Shown: piece after piece, positions 38,440 to 49,694 of the stretch
How positions within the stretch are numbered: position 1 is the stretch's first letter
Layout: each line of letters begins with the position of its first letter
Source of the DNA: Acidimicrobiales bacterium
GTDB taxonomy: Bacteria > Actinomycetota > Acidimicrobiia > Acidimicrobiales > QHCF01
Direction of reading: 5' to 3'
DNA: 64,000 bases
Assembly: GCA_039583615.1 (NCBI GenBank)
Contig: JAVKSQ010000008.1
Coordinates: 2,766-66,765, forward strand
The notes under the pieces: model-generated
What the model was told of the DNA's origin: nothing
Seen by the model: the letters and a program-made list of their open reading frames with translations, nothing else
The model's database searches: none
Made by a program: the position numbers and the translations under genes

Positions 38440-39588
38440 ATGGACAGTGCGCCCCGACGGCGCCAGTGGAGGCGCCTGTGGCCGGCCGTCCGCTTTGCCG
38501 CCGGCCTGGCCCTGGCCGGCGTGGCTGTCTACGTGGTGGCCGGGCGGCGGGGAGAGCTGTCCGGGGCCGCCTCTGTCCTCGGCCATCTGCAGGCCGGGTG
38601 GGTGGCGGTGGCGGTGGCGGCCGAGGCGGCCTCCATCGTGGCCTTCGCCGCCCTGCAGAAGGCCCTCCTCTCCGGCGGCCGGCTCGACATCGGCCTGGGG
38701 CCCCTGACCGGGATCACGCTCGCCGGCAACTCCATCAACAACTCCCTGCCGGGGGGACCGGCCTTCGCCAGCCTGTTCGCCTACCGCCAGTACCGCCGGC
38801 GAGGAGCCGACGAGGCGCTGGCCGGATGGACCATCGTGGCCACCGGCGTCTGCGCCGCCCTCAGCCTGGCTGGCCTGACGGTGATCGGCCTGCTGGCGGC
38901 AGGGAACAAGGCGTCCCGCCTCAACCTGACAGACGTCACCCTGGCTGTCCTGGGGGGCAGCTTGGTGCTGGCCTTCGCCGTGTGGCGGACGCATCGCCTG
39001 GCTGCCGTGACCGGCTGGGCAGCCCGCCTGGTCGAGCGATCGGCTCACCTCGGGGGCCGGCGAGCCAATTCCAGGTCACGCCAGGGCGAGGCAGGCAACG
39101 CCGGGGCTGCCGGCGTCGGGGCGGCCGTGGTGGCCCGGGTGACCCGTCGGCTCCAGGAGGTGCGCCCCAACCGGCGCCAGGTGGCCGCCGCCCTCGGTTG
39201 GTCCCTCGCCAACTGGGCCTGTGACTGCTCCTGCCTGGTGGCGGCCTTCGTCGCAGTGGGCTCAGCGGTGCCCTGGCGCGGGCTGCTGCTCGCCTACGGG
39301 GCCGGCCAGCTGGCGGCCAACCTGCCGATAACCCCGGGTGGCCTCGGGGTGGTGGAAGGCAGCCTCACCATCGCCTTGGTGGCCTACGGGGGAGGCCAGG
39401 CATCCACGGTGGCAGCCGTGCTCATCTACCGCATCATCAGCTTCTGGGCCTCCCTGCCGGTGGGTTGGATCAGCTGGGCGGTGCTGGTGGCGGAGGCCAG
39501 GGCGCGGTCGGGGGGCGAGAGGAGTGGCGGCCGGGGTGGGCCCGACGGGCGAGGCGGAGCCTCTCGGGCCCAGGCGGTGGCGGCGTGA
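38440..39588 (+). CDS. Flippase-like / lysylphosphatidylglycerol-synthase TM-domain family membrane protein (UPF0104-like)
   Basis: About 8 TM helices, with ...GQLAANLPITPGGLGVVEGSL... typical of this family. Confidence 0.6.
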   Translation: MDSAPRRRQWRRLWPAVRFAAGLALAGVAVYVVAGRRGELSGAASVLGHLQAGWVAVAVAAEAASIVAFAALQKALLSGGRLDIGLGPLTGITLAGNSINNSLPGGPAFASLFAYRQYRRRGADEALAGWTIVATGVCAALSLAGLTVIGLLAAGNKASRLNLTDVTLAVLGGSLVLAFAVWRTHRLAAVTGWAARLVERSAHLGGRRANSRSRQGEAGNAGAAGVGAAVVARVTRRLQEVRPNRRQVAAALGWSLANWACDCSCLVAAFVAVGSAVPWRGLLLAYGAGQLAANLPITPGGLGVVEGSLTIALVAYGGGQASTVAAVLIYRIISFWASLPVGWISWAVLVAEARARSGGERSGGRGGPDGRGGASRAQAVAA

Positions 39589-40100
39589 GGGCCGGCGGAG
39601 GGCGGCCGGGCCCTGCCGGGGGAGGACGGCCGGGCCCTGCCGGGGGACGGCGGCCGGGCCCTGCCGGGGGAGGGCCAGCCGGGGCGCCCCGGAGGCGCCC
39701 GCTGGTCAAGGCATTGGCCGGCGGGCTGGCTCTGGCCGGGGTGGCCGGCGGGTGCACGTCGGCTCACAACTCCCTCGGCACCGGCTCCAGCCCGTGCTTC
39801 TCGGCGCTGCCGGCAGCCGAGACAGACGTCCACCACCAGGGCACGCTGCTCGGCATCCGGCGCCTGCCGGTGGCCAAGCTGGGTCACCGCCTGGCTCAGC
39901 GGGTGGGCCCGGTGACGCCTGGCGAGCTGGTGTGCGTGGCTGCCTTCCGGGACCGCTACCAGCCCGGCTCGGTGGACCACCAGGTGCGCCCGGTCGCCGG
40001 GCCCTACGCCACCGTGGTGGTGACCAGCCGGGGCAGTCGCCAGACGGTGGTGGCGGCGTTCGTCTCCCACCGGCTGCCCCTGCGATTTCGCCACCTGTGA
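39585..40100 (+). CDS. Hypothetical lipoprotein with a repeat-containing pre-signal region
   Basis: GTG 39585 overlaps the upstream stop (GTGA). RRRPLVKALAGGLALAGVAGGC is a lipobox-like signal. No motif recognised in the mature part. Confidence 0.5.
   Translation: MRAGGGRPGPAGGGRPGPAGGRRPGPAGGGPAGAPRRRPLVKALAGGLALAGVAGGCTSAHNSLGTGSSPCFSALPAAETDVHHQGTLLGIRRLPVAKLGHRLAQRVGPVTPGELVCVAAFRDRYQPGSVDHQVRPVAGPYATVVVTSRGSRQTVVAAFVSHRLPLRFRHL
39597..39668 (+). repeat. 24-bp tandem repeat x3 (GGA-GGN/CGG-CGGCCGGGCCCTGCCGGG = GGRPGPAG)
   Basis: Read directly; CCCT recurs at 39611, 39635 and 39659. It is in frame with the lipoprotein ORF. Confidence 0.9.
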
Positions 40101-40172
40101 GCCGGATGGGTGATGTTTGCCAACCGGGTTAGAGTTAGACGTACAGATCCACTAGCAGAGGGGGGGCCCGAA

Positions 40173-41468
40173 GTGGTGGCACTTGTTCGAGGCGCGCCGG
40201 GAGCCCGCAGGGCACTGGCGGCTCTGGCCGGCTTGGCCCTGGTGGCCTCAGCCTGTGGAGGTGGGACCAAGTCGTCCAGCTCGACGACCACGTCGTCGGG
40301 GACCTCGGCCAGCGCCAAGCAGACCATCGAGTTCGCCGAGTCGGGGCTGGGCACCGAGGGCCAGGCCACCCAGGCGGCGATCAACGCCTTCGAGGCAGCC
40401 AACCCCAACATCACAGTCAAGATCCTGGTGCTGTCGCCCAACTCGACGACCTACCTCCAACAGCTCCAGCAGAGCTTCATCGCCGGGTCCGCCACCCCCG
40501 ACGTGGTCGAGACCGACGTGACCTACCCGGCCAAGTTCGCCCAGGCGGGATGGATCATGCCCCTCGCCCAGTTCAAGCCCGACCTCAGCCAGTTCTTCAA
40601 GACCGGGGTGGACGCCGCCACCTACAAGTCCAAGACCTACGCCATACCGTGGTTCGACAACCCCGAGGGCCTCTTCTACCGGACCGACCTGGTCCCGAGT
40701 CCTCCGACCTCGCCCGACCAGGTGGTCTCCGACGCCAAGGCGGCCCTGGCCAAGGACCCGTCCCTCAAGGAGGGGCTGGCCTTCGAGGGGGCCAAGTACG
40801 AGGGGGCGGTCACCGCCTTCCTCACCGTCGAGGGAGGCTTTGGCGGCAAGCTGAACCCGTCCGACCTCGACACGTCCGCCAACCAGAAGGCACTGGCGTT
40901 CCTCCACGACGCCGTCTACACCGACCACATCGCCCCCCAGGCGGTGACCGGATGGCAGGAGGGCCAGGTGCAGCAGGAGTTCACCTCCGGCCACGCCGCC
41001 TTCGCCATCAACTACCCCTTCGTGTTCCCCCTGGCCGAGGCGGCCGGTTCCCCCGCCAACGGCCATACCGGCTTCATCCCCTTCCCCTCGACCACCGGCA
41101 CGCCCGGGTCGGCCCTGGGCGGCGAGATGCTGGCCATCAACGCCAAGAGCCAGCACTCGGCGGCGGCCTACAAGCTGATCCAGTACCTCACCAGCTCCCC
41201 GGTGGAGGTCACCCGGGCCGAGGCAACCGGTGACCCGCCGTCGCTGCCGAGCGCCTACACGCCCGCGCTCTACGCCAAGGCCCCGTACTTCCAGTCGGTC
41301 AACACCCTCAACAAGTACGCCGCCCCCCGGCCGGTGAGCCCGCAGTACCTGCAGATCTCGAGCGACCTCCAGGACATGTTGTCCTCGGTCCTCTCCAACC
41401 TGACGCCAGCCAGCCAGGCCCTGTCGGCGGCCGCCTCCCAGGTCAAGTCCCTGGCCGGCAGCGGCTGA
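40173..41468 (+). CDS. ABC transporter sugar-binding lipoprotein (solute-binding protein family 1)
   Basis: GTG 40173 gives MVALVRGAPGARRALAALAGLALVASAC (signal plus lipobox), with RBS agagggggg upstream. The body is typical of carbohydrate SBPs (...YAIPWFDNPEGLFYR...). The track start at 40110 includes a lower-GC leader. Confidence 0.85.
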   Translation: MVALVRGAPGARRALAALAGLALVASACGGGTKSSSSTTTSSGTSASAKQTIEFAESGLGTEGQATQAAINAFEAANPNITVKILVLSPNSTTYLQQLQQSFIAGSATPDVVETDVTYPAKFAQAGWIMPLAQFKPDLSQFFKTGVDAATYKSKTYAIPWFDNPEGLFYRTDLVPSPPTSPDQVVSDAKAALAKDPSLKEGLAFEGAKYEGAVTAFLTVEGGFGGKLNPSDLDTSANQKALAFLHDAVYTDHIAPQAVTGWQEGQVQQEFTSGHAAFAINYPFVFPLAEAAGSPANGHTGFIPFPSTTGTPGSALGGEMLAINAKSQHSAAAYKLIQYLTSSPVEVTRAEATGDPPSLPSAYTPALYAKAPYFQSVNTLNKYAAPRPVSPQYLQISSDLQDMLSSVLSNLTPASQALSAAASQVKSLAGSG

Positions 41469-41516
41469 GACCTGGCGGCTCCGCCGGGCACGAGCAGGGC
41501 CGGCCCACCCCAAGAC

Positions 41517-42476
41517 ATGACCGAGGCGGGAGCCGCCGGGGCGGTGACCGCCCCCGCCCGCTGGCTTCGGCCAGCCCGGCGATCGGGCGCCGCCGATGCC
41601 GGCCACCGGGCCGAGCGGCGCCTGGGCTGGGCCATGGTCGCCCCCACGGTGATCCTCCTCGCCCTCATCACCGCGTTCCCGCTCGTGTACAACCTGTGGA
41701 ACTCGTTCCACCACGTGAACCTGGCCAACGCCGCCCAGGCGCAGTCGTTCGCCGGGACCAGCAACTACCGGGCCCTGGTCACCACCCCGGGCTTCGTGGG
41801 GGCCCTCACCCGTACGGTCGGCTTCACCGCCGTCACCATCGTGGTGGACACGGTGGTCGGCCTGGGTCTGGCCCTCATGCTCAACCGGGCCTTCCCCGGG
41901 CGAGGGGTGCTACGGGCAGCCATCCTCGTCCCCTGGGCGGTGCCGACGGTGGTGTCGGCCTCCCTGTGGAAGACCATGTTCGACCCGCGGGCCGGGTTCG
42001 TGGACTACCTGCTCAACGCCGCCCACCTGCCGGGGGCCCACGTCACCTGGCTGGCCGGCCAGTGGACGTCCTGGGCGGCCATCGTGACCGCCGACGCCTG
42101 GAAGAACATCCCCTTCGTGGCCATCATCCTGCTGGCCGGCCTCCAGGTGATCCCCCGGGACATCTACGAGGCGGCCCGCATCGACGGGGCCAGCACCTGG
42201 CAGGCCTTCCGGAGGCTGACCCTGCCGCTGCTCAAGCCGGCCCTGCTGGTGGCCCTCATATTCCGGACCCTCCAGGCCTTCCTGGTCTTCGACGTCATCT
42301 ACATCATGACCGGCGGGGGTCCGGGCAGCACCACCGAGACGCTCTCCTACCTCAACTGGCACGCCTTCCTGGTCGACACCGACTTCGGCTACGGCGGGGC
42401 GGTCTCGGTGAGCCTGGTGGTCATATCGCTGGTGATCGCCGGGCTCTACGTCCGCCTGCTGAGGCCGGCCACGTGA
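41517..42476 (+). CDS. Sugar ABC transporter permease (MalF/UgpA-like)
   Basis: 6 TM helices and the EAA loop ...YEAARIDGASTWQAFRRLTLPLLKPAL.... Confidence 0.85.
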   Translation: MTEAGAAGAVTAPARWLRPARRSGAADAGHRAERRLGWAMVAPTVILLALITAFPLVYNLWNSFHHVNLANAAQAQSFAGTSNYRALVTTPGFVGALTRTVGFTAVTIVVDTVVGLGLALMLNRAFPGRGVLRAAILVPWAVPTVVSASLWKTMFDPRAGFVDYLLNAAHLPGAHVTWLAGQWTSWAAIVTADAWKNIPFVAIILLAGLQVIPRDIYEAARIDGASTWQAFRRLTLPLLKPALLVALIFRTLQAFLVFDVIYIMTGGGPGSTTETLSYLNWHAFLVDTDFGYGGAVSVSLVVISLVIAGLYVRLLRPAT

Positions 42477-42489
42477 TGGGGCCGGGCAG

Positions 42490-43416
42490 GTGAGCGGGGC
42501 CGGGGCCGTCCCGGCGGCGGTGGCCGAGGAGGTGGGCGGGGCGCCTGGCGCGGGGGGCACCGCCCGGGCTCGGGCCCGGCGCCGGCTCGACTGGCGACAG
42601 CTGGCCTTCTACCTGGGCGTCCTGATCGTCCTGGCGGTGGCCCTCTTCCCCTTCTACTGGATCCTGCGGACGTCGCTGGAGTCCTCAGCCGAGGTGGCAC
42701 AGGGCGTGGGTGGCCCCAACGGCCTGCTGCCGCCCCACCTCAGCTTGTCCGCCTATGTCGACGACTTCACCCAGCAGCACTTCCTGGGGCCGTTGGTCAA
42801 CAGCGCCATCGTCTCGCTGGCCGCCACGGTGGTGTCTGTCATCTTCGGCTCGCTGGCCGGCTACGCCCTGGCCCGCCTGCCGGTACGAGGATCGGGCCCG
42901 ATCCTCGGCTTCATCCTGCTGGCCGGATTCTTCCCCGTCCTGGCCATGGTCGGGCCCTTGTTCCTCCTCTACCGCAAGCTGGGCTTCCTCGACTCGATCT
43001 ACCCGCTGATCCTCACCTACCTGGTGTACACCCTTCCGCTGGCCACCTGGCTGCTCAAGAACTTCTTCGCCCAGATCCCCAAGGAGCTGGAGGAGGCGGC
43101 GCTGGTGGACGGGGCCACCCGGCTCCAGGCGCTGTGGAGGATCGTCGTCCCCGTGGCGGTGCCCGGGGTGTTCACGGCGGCCATCCTGTCCTTCATCCTG
43201 GCCTGGAACGACTTCGCCTTCGCCGTCTCATTCCTGCAGACACCGAGCAAGTTCACCGCCCCGGTGTCCATCGTCAACTTCGGCCAGAGCGCGTTCCAGG
43301 TCTTCTACAACCGCATCGACGCGGCGGTGGTCATCATCACCATCCCCATTGCCCTGCTGGTCCTGGCGGCCCAGCGCCGGATCGTCTCGGGCCTGACGGC
43401 CGGGGCCCTCAAGTAA
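42490..43416 (+). CDS. Sugar ABC transporter permease (MalG/UgpE-like)
   Basis: EAA loop ...LEEAALVDGATRLQALWRIVVPVAVPG..., 6 TM helices, GTG start. Confidence 0.85.
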   Translation: MSGAGAVPAAVAEEVGGAPGAGGTARARARRRLDWRQLAFYLGVLIVLAVALFPFYWILRTSLESSAEVAQGVGGPNGLLPPHLSLSAYVDDFTQQHFLGPLVNSAIVSLAATVVSVIFGSLAGYALARLPVRGSGPILGFILLAGFFPVLAMVGPLFLLYRKLGFLDSIYPLILTYLVYTLPLATWLLKNFFAQIPKELEEAALVDGATRLQALWRIVVPVAVPGVFTAAILSFILAWNDFAFAVSFLQTPSKFTAPVSIVNFGQSAFQVFYNRIDAAVVIITIPIALLVLAAQRRIVSGLTAGALK

Positions 43417-43431
43417 GCAGAACGGAGAGCC

Positions 43432-44634
43432 ATGGCCACGGTCAGCATGGAGCAGGTGTCCAAGGTCTACCCCAACGGCACCCGGGCGGTGTCCGGGCTG
43501 ACGCTGGACATCGCCGAGGGCGAGTTCATGGTCCTGGTGGGCCCGTCGGGCTGTGGCAAGACCACTGCTCTGCGGATGGTGGCCGGCCTGGAGGACATCT
43601 CCTCGGGGACCATCCGGGTCGGGGACAAGGTGGTCAACGACCTGTCCCCCAAGGACCGCGACATCGCCATGGTCTTCCAGAATTACGCTCTCTACCCCCA
43701 CATGACGGTGGCCGAGAACATCGCCTTCGCCCTGACCCTGCGCAAGATGGCCAAGGAGGACGTCAGGGCCAAGGTGGACGAGGCAGCCCGCATCCTGGGC
43801 CTGACCGAGTACCTGGCCAGCAAGCCTGGACAGCTCTCGGGAGGCCAGCGCCAGCGGGTGGCCATGGGCCGAGCCATCGTGCGAGAGCCAGCTGCCTTCT
43901 TGATGGACGAGCCGCTGTCCAACCTCGACGCCAAGCTGCGGGTCCAGATGCGGGCCGAGATCTCCCGTGTCCAGCGACGCCTCGGGGTGGCCACCTTGTA
44001 CGTCACCCACGACCAGACCGAGGCCATGACCATGGGTGACAGGGTGGCGGTGCTGAGAGCCGGCATCCTGCACCAGTGCGACCCGCCCCAGGTCCTCTAC
44101 GACCGGCCGGACAACCTCTTCGTGGCCGCCTTCATCGGCTCACCTTCGATGAACCTGTACGAAGCGGTGCTGTCGCCCGACGCCACGTCGGTACGCATCG
44201 GGAGCCAGGCCCTCCGCCTGCCGGCCCACCTGCAGGCGCCGTCCCCCGAGCTGGCGGCCAGGCGGGACGGCAAGGTGGTGGTGGGCGTCCGGCCCGAGGA
44301 GCTGTCCGACGCCGCCCTCGGCGGACCGGTGGAGGACGGCAAGTCCCTGGTGGGAGCGGTAGAGCTGGTGGAGGCGCTCGGGTCCGAGAAGCTGGTCCAC
44401 TTCACCCTCGACGCCACCCGGGTCCAGGAGGAGGGGGCCACCTTCGCCGGGGCCGCCGACGCCGAAGGCCTGAGCCAGGGCGACCTGGCCGGGTCGGGCA
44501 TGGCCCTGGGAGTGGCCAGGGTGGATCCCCGCAGCGCCATCCGACCGGGACGGCAGGCCAGCTTCGTGGTGGACATCGACAAGCTCCACCTGTTCGACCC
44601 TGACACCGGCAACGCGATACGGCCCCCGAGGTGA
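43432..44634 (+). CDS. Sugar ABC transporter ATP-binding protein (MalK/UgpC/MsiK-like)
   Basis: Walker A GPSGCGKTT, signature LSGGQRQRV, Walker B FLMDEPLSNLD, and a C-terminal TOBE/MalK regulatory-like domain. Confidence 0.9.
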   Translation: MATVSMEQVSKVYPNGTRAVSGLTLDIAEGEFMVLVGPSGCGKTTALRMVAGLEDISSGTIRVGDKVVNDLSPKDRDIAMVFQNYALYPHMTVAENIAFALTLRKMAKEDVRAKVDEAARILGLTEYLASKPGQLSGGQRQRVAMGRAIVREPAAFLMDEPLSNLDAKLRVQMRAEISRVQRRLGVATLYVTHDQTEAMTMGDRVAVLRAGILHQCDPPQVLYDRPDNLFVAAFIGSPSMNLYEAVLSPDATSVRIGSQALRLPAHLQAPSPELAARRDGKVVVGVRPEELSDAALGGPVEDGKSLVGAVELVEALGSEKLVHFTLDATRVQEEGATFAGAADAEGLSQGDLAGSGMALGVARVDPRSAIRPGRQASFVVDIDKLHLFDPDTGNAIRPPR

Positions 44635-44642
44635 GGGGGGGG

Positions 44643-46499
<1,857 letters not shown>

Positions 46500-46512
46500 G
46501 AGATCCTTCTCG

Positions 46513-46546
46513 AAAAAAAGGGGGGGTGCGGTACAGCCCGTACCGC
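46513..46546 (-). terminator. Stem-loop GCGGTAC-n5-GTACCGC followed (minus strand) by C7 T7, between the ctaG-like stop and the typA start
   Basis: Read directly: on the plus strand, A7 (46513-19), a G run, then stem 46528-34 / 46540-46. On the minus strand the hairpin lies 33 nt after stop 46580, and the T7 run ends 13 nt before the typA ATG. The stem-to-U-tract spacing is atypical. Confidence 0.4.
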
Positions 46547-46579
46547 CCGCCTGCAGTCTACCGGCGAGGGCCAGAGCGG

Positions 46580-47488
46580 CTACGAGGCGTCGGTGCGCCG
46601 GGGCCGACGCTCCAGGCGGCGCAGCTCGGCCTCGACGTCGTCCCAGGTGAGCGGGTCAGGATCCAGGCCGGCCTCTTCCGCCTCGTGGGCCTTGACCAGG
46701 ATGGCGCCCGCCGTTCCCCACAGGATGGCGATGCCGAGGATCTTGGCCATCACCCCCGCCAGCTGCTGGTCGGCCACTGGCGACAGGCCGACCGCCGCCG
46801 CCCGGGAGAAGGCCCGGTAGAGGGGATGGTTGGCGAAGATGAATATCAAGGCCGGAAAGTTGGGCAGCAGGGACTGGACGAACAGGTAGGCGATGCGCCC
46901 CACGGTCGTCAGGTGGCGCGGTCCGGGGACCAGCCTCAGGACGGGCAGCCACATGACCACCCCGGCGGTCCCCAGCCAGAGAAGGACTCCGGCGGTGACC
47001 CAGCCCGATGCCGCCTCGGCGTCCACCACCGGTGGGAGCAGTGCTCCCACCGCCGTGGCGGTGAACACCAGGGAGGCGACCACTGGGTGGGCCAACCGGC
47101 GCAGGAGGGCGTCGACCGGCGGTGGCTGGGTGGCCAGGGCCACCAGCCAGCGAGGCAGTCCCAGCAGCAGGAGGGCGGGGACCACCAACAGCACCAGGAT
47201 CTGCTGGCCCAGATGGGCCAGCAGCAGCCAGCGGTGGGCCAGGTCGGCCAGGGGCCAGGTGACGGCGACGGCCAGGGCCACCACGCCGGCGCCGAAGCAG
47301 GCCAGCTCGGCCCGGCTGGCTCGTTGCCAGAGGCGGCGGTGGATCGGCCCCTGCTCCCCGGCTCCCGTCCCGGGCGGGCCCAGTCTCCACAGGACGAGCA
47401 GGTAGCCCCCCGCCACCGCCACCACCACTACCCATCCACCGATGTCGGGCTTCCAGTCCCACGGCGAGCCAACGGCGAGCAGGTCCAC
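46580..47488 (-). CDS. ctaG: Cytochrome c oxidase assembly factor, CtaG (caa3-type) family membrane protein
   Basis: About 7 TM helices, with ...[30 protein letters not shown]... and ...[18 protein letters not shown]..., matching my recollection of the Caa3_CtaG family. Confidence 0.6.
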   Translation of the reverse strand: MDLLAVGSPWDWKPDIGGWVVVVAVAGGYLLVLWRLGPPGTGAGEQGPIHRRLWQRASRAELACFGAGVVALAVAVTWPLADLAHRWLLLAHLGQQILVLLVVPALLLLGLPRWLVALATQPPPVDALLRRLAHPVVASLVFTATAVGALLPPVVDAEAASGWVTAGVLLWLGTAGVVMWLPVLRLVPGPRHLTTVGRIAYLFVQSLLPNFPALIFIFANHPLYRAFSRAAAVGLSPVADQQLAGVMAKILGIAILWGTAGAILVKAHEAEEAGLDPDPLTWDDVEAELRRLERRPRRTDAS

Positions 47489-47536
47489 GGCTGGCCCTCA
47501 TCCCTCCGGCGGTCCGGCCGGTCTACGCTCGCCACG

Positions 47537-49588
47537 ATGGAGAGGCTGGACCGTGTGGAGCGGCTCACCAACCTGGTGCTGGTCCTGCTGGACACCCGCC
47601 GGCCGCTCACCCTGGTGGAGATCGCCGGGCAGGTGGCCGGCTACCCGAGCGGCCGTCAGGCTGCCCGCCAGGCGTTCGAACGGGACAAGCGGGTGCTTCG
47701 CGAGGAGGGGATCCCCATCTCGATGGAGAGCCGGCCGGGCGAGGAGGCGGTCGGCTACCGCATCCGAGCCGAGGACTACTACCTGCCCGACCTTCACCTC
47801 AGTCCTGAGGAGCAGTTTGCCCTCAACCTGGCCGTGGCCGGCGTCCACCTTGACGATGCTAGTGGCCGGGCTGCGCTGGTGAAGCTCGGATCGACCGAGC
47901 GCGACCCGGCTCCGGCGATGGCCACCCTGCCGTCACTGCCGCAGCTGGGCGTGCTCCACCGGGCCATGCAGGAGCAGTGCCTGGTCGCCTTCTCCTACCC
48001 TGGTCCGCAGGGGCCCAGGCCGAGGGAGGTCGAGCCGTACGGTCTGTTGTTCCGCCAGGGCTTCTGGTACCTGGTGGGCCGCGACCGGGAGCGGTCGGCC
48101 CTGCGGACCTTCCGGGTGGACCGCATGGAGAGCGCTCCGAGCGTGGGGTCACCGGCCGCCTTCGTTCCCCCTGCCGAGTTCGATCCCTCTACCGCCCTGG
48201 GCAAGCCGTGGCGGCTGGGCGGAGGCGAGGCGGTGGCCGCCACGGTGTCGATCGACCCCTTGCTCGCCCACCAGGTGACGGCCGAGCTGGGGCAGTCGGC
48301 CGTGCGGGACCAGTTGGCCGACGGCTCGGTGGTGGTCGAGCTGCAGGTTACCAACGAGGGGGCCTTCCGGTCGTGGGTGCTCGGCCTGCTCGACCACGCG
48401 GTGGTGCTCGAACCCCCCGAGCTGCGCAAGTCGATGATCACCTGGCTGGAGGCAGTGGCTTCCGGGCCTTCACCGGCTTCCGGGCCTTCGCCGGCTTCCG
48501 GGCCTTCACCGGCTTCCGGGCCTTCACCGGCTTCCGGGCCTTCGCCGGCTGGGGACGGCCGTCGGGCGAGCATCCCCGCCAGGCAGACGCAGACCCGCCC
48601 GGGCGGCGGCGAGGAGGCCCGGGCGGGGGCGAGCGGGCCGGCCGGGACCGGCCGGCGTCCGGACGCCGCCGAGCGCCTGCGCTGCCTGCTGGCCGTCCTG
48701 CCCTGGCTGGCCAGCCGGGGCGGGGCACCGATCGCCGAGGTGGCCGAGCGCTTCGGTCTTCCCGAGAGGGAGGTGGTGGCCCTGCTGGAGCTGGCCGCCT
48801 GCTGCGGCCTTCCCCCCTACTCCCCCGACCAGCTGATCGAGCTGATCGTCTCCGACGACTGGGTGACCGCCAATCTCGGACCCCACCTGTCGAGGCCCCA
48901 GCGCCTCAGCGCCACCGAGGGCTTCACCCTGGCCGCCTCCGCCCGGGCCATCCTGGCCGTGCCGGGATCGGATCCGAACGGAGCCCTCTCCCGCGCCCTG
49001 ACCAAGCTGGAGGCAGTGCTGGGCGAGCACCTGGCGGTGGCGGTCGACCTGGACGAGCCCCCGCTGCTGGCCACCGTGCGCCAGGCCATGGCGGCTGGCG
49101 AGGCCCTCGAGCTGGAGTACTACTCGGCATCGCGTGACGAGTTGACCACCCGTCGGGTCGATCCCTGGGCGACGTTCACCGAGGGGGGTCACTGGTACCT
49201 CGACGGCTGGTGCCACCTGGCTGGGGGCATGCGCCACTTCCGCGTGGACAGGGCCCGGGCCGCCCGGCTGGCCGGTCCCCCATCGGCGACCATCCCGCCA
49301 GGGGAAGGGCCGGGCGAGCCGCCTCGGCTGTTCGCCCCGGGGCCGGGGGCAACCCTCGCCCGCCTGGCCATCCCCGCTTCGGCCCGCTGGGTGGTCGAGA
49401 CCTACCCGACCGAGGACGTGAGGGAGGGCGCCGACGGCCGCTTGGAGGTGACCCTGGCGGTGGGGGGGACGGCCTGGCTGGAGCGCCTGTTGCTCCGCCT
49501 GGGGCCGGCGGCCGAGGTCCTGGAGCCGGGTGACCTTGCCGACCTCGCCCGCCGGGCGGCGGGCCGGCTCCTGGCCCGCTACCGGTGA
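47537..49588 (+). CDS. pafBC: Fused PafB-PafC-like regulator (two HTH-WYL-WCX modules in one polypeptide)
   Basis: Module 1: MERLDRVERLTNLVLVLL... (wHTH) ... EPYGLLFRQGFWYLVGRD (WYL). A linker with 5x SGPSPA follows. Module 2: AERLRCLLAVLPWLASRGG... (wHTH) ... DPWATFTEGGHWYLDGWC (WYL). Start at ATG 47537; the upstream part of ORF 46526..49588 is antisense to ctaG. Confidence 0.75.
   Translation: MERLDRVERLTNLVLVLLDTRRPLTLVEIAGQVAGYPSGRQAARQAFERDKRVLREEGIPISMESRPGEEAVGYRIRAEDYYLPDLHLSPEEQFALNLAVAGVHLDDASGRAALVKLGSTERDPAPAMATLPSLPQLGVLHRAMQEQCLVAFSYPGPQGPRPREVEPYGLLFRQGFWYLVGRDRERSALRTFRVDRMESAPSVGSPAAFVPPAEFDPSTALGKPWRLGGGEAVAATVSIDPLLAHQVTAELGQSAVRDQLADGSVVVELQVTNEGAFRSWVLGLLDHAVVLEPPELRKSMITWLEAVASGPSPASGPSPASGPSPASGPSPASGPSPAGDGRRASIPARQTQTRPGGGEEARAGASGPAGTGRRPDAAERLRCLLAVLPWLASRGGAPIAEVAERFGLPEREVVALLELAACCGLPPYSPDQLIELIVSDDWVTANLGPHLSRPQRLSATEGFTLAASARAILAVPGSDPNGALSRALTKLEAVLGEHLAVAVDLDEPPLLATVRQAMAAGEALELEYYSASRDELTTRRVDPWATFTEGGHWYLDGWCHLAGGMRHFRVDRARAARLAGPPSATIPPGEGPGEPPRLFAPGPGATLARLAIPASARWVVETYPTEDVREGADGRLEVTLAVGGTAWLERLLLRLGPAAEVLEPGDLADLARRAAGRLLARYR
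48461..48550 (+). repeat. 18-bp tandem repeat x5 in the PafBC inter-module linker (TCCGGGCCTTC[A/G]CCGGCT = SGPSPA)
   Basis: Read directly and in frame. The units differ only at a synonymous Ser codon (TCA/TCG). Confidence 0.95.
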
Positions 49589-49643
49589 GCCGGCCGGGCC
49601 CGGCCCGACGGGGCTGGCCCAGCCGCTCCGGGGGGCGGACCAG

Positions 49644-49672
49644 GCGACAAGACGGGTGAAGCGACCTACACT
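49644..49672 (+). promoter_or_regulatory. Candidate housekeeping-type promoter: GCGACA-N17-TACACT
   Basis: Read directly. The -10 element fits TANNNT. It is followed by RBS AAGGAGG (49682-88) and ATG 49695. Confidence 0.4.
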
Positions 49673-49694
49673 GGGTGCACCAAGGAGGTTCGAG

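Noticed and set aside
40120-40172. Lower-GC stretch with GTTAGAGTTAGAC direct repeat upstream of the sugar-binding protein gene, considered as a DasR/GntR-type operator.
   Set aside because: It only loosely resembles the dre consensus (ACTGGTCTAGACCACT): TAGAC and CCACT occur, but not contiguously. More likely it is ordinary promoter/RBS sequence. It was used only to move the CDS start to GTG 40173.
47489-47536. PafBC-dependent (RecA-independent) damage-response promoter motif upstream of pafBC.
   Set aside because: Only a TACGCT -10-like hexamer is present, and the TGTC-containing upstream element is missing. No claim is made.
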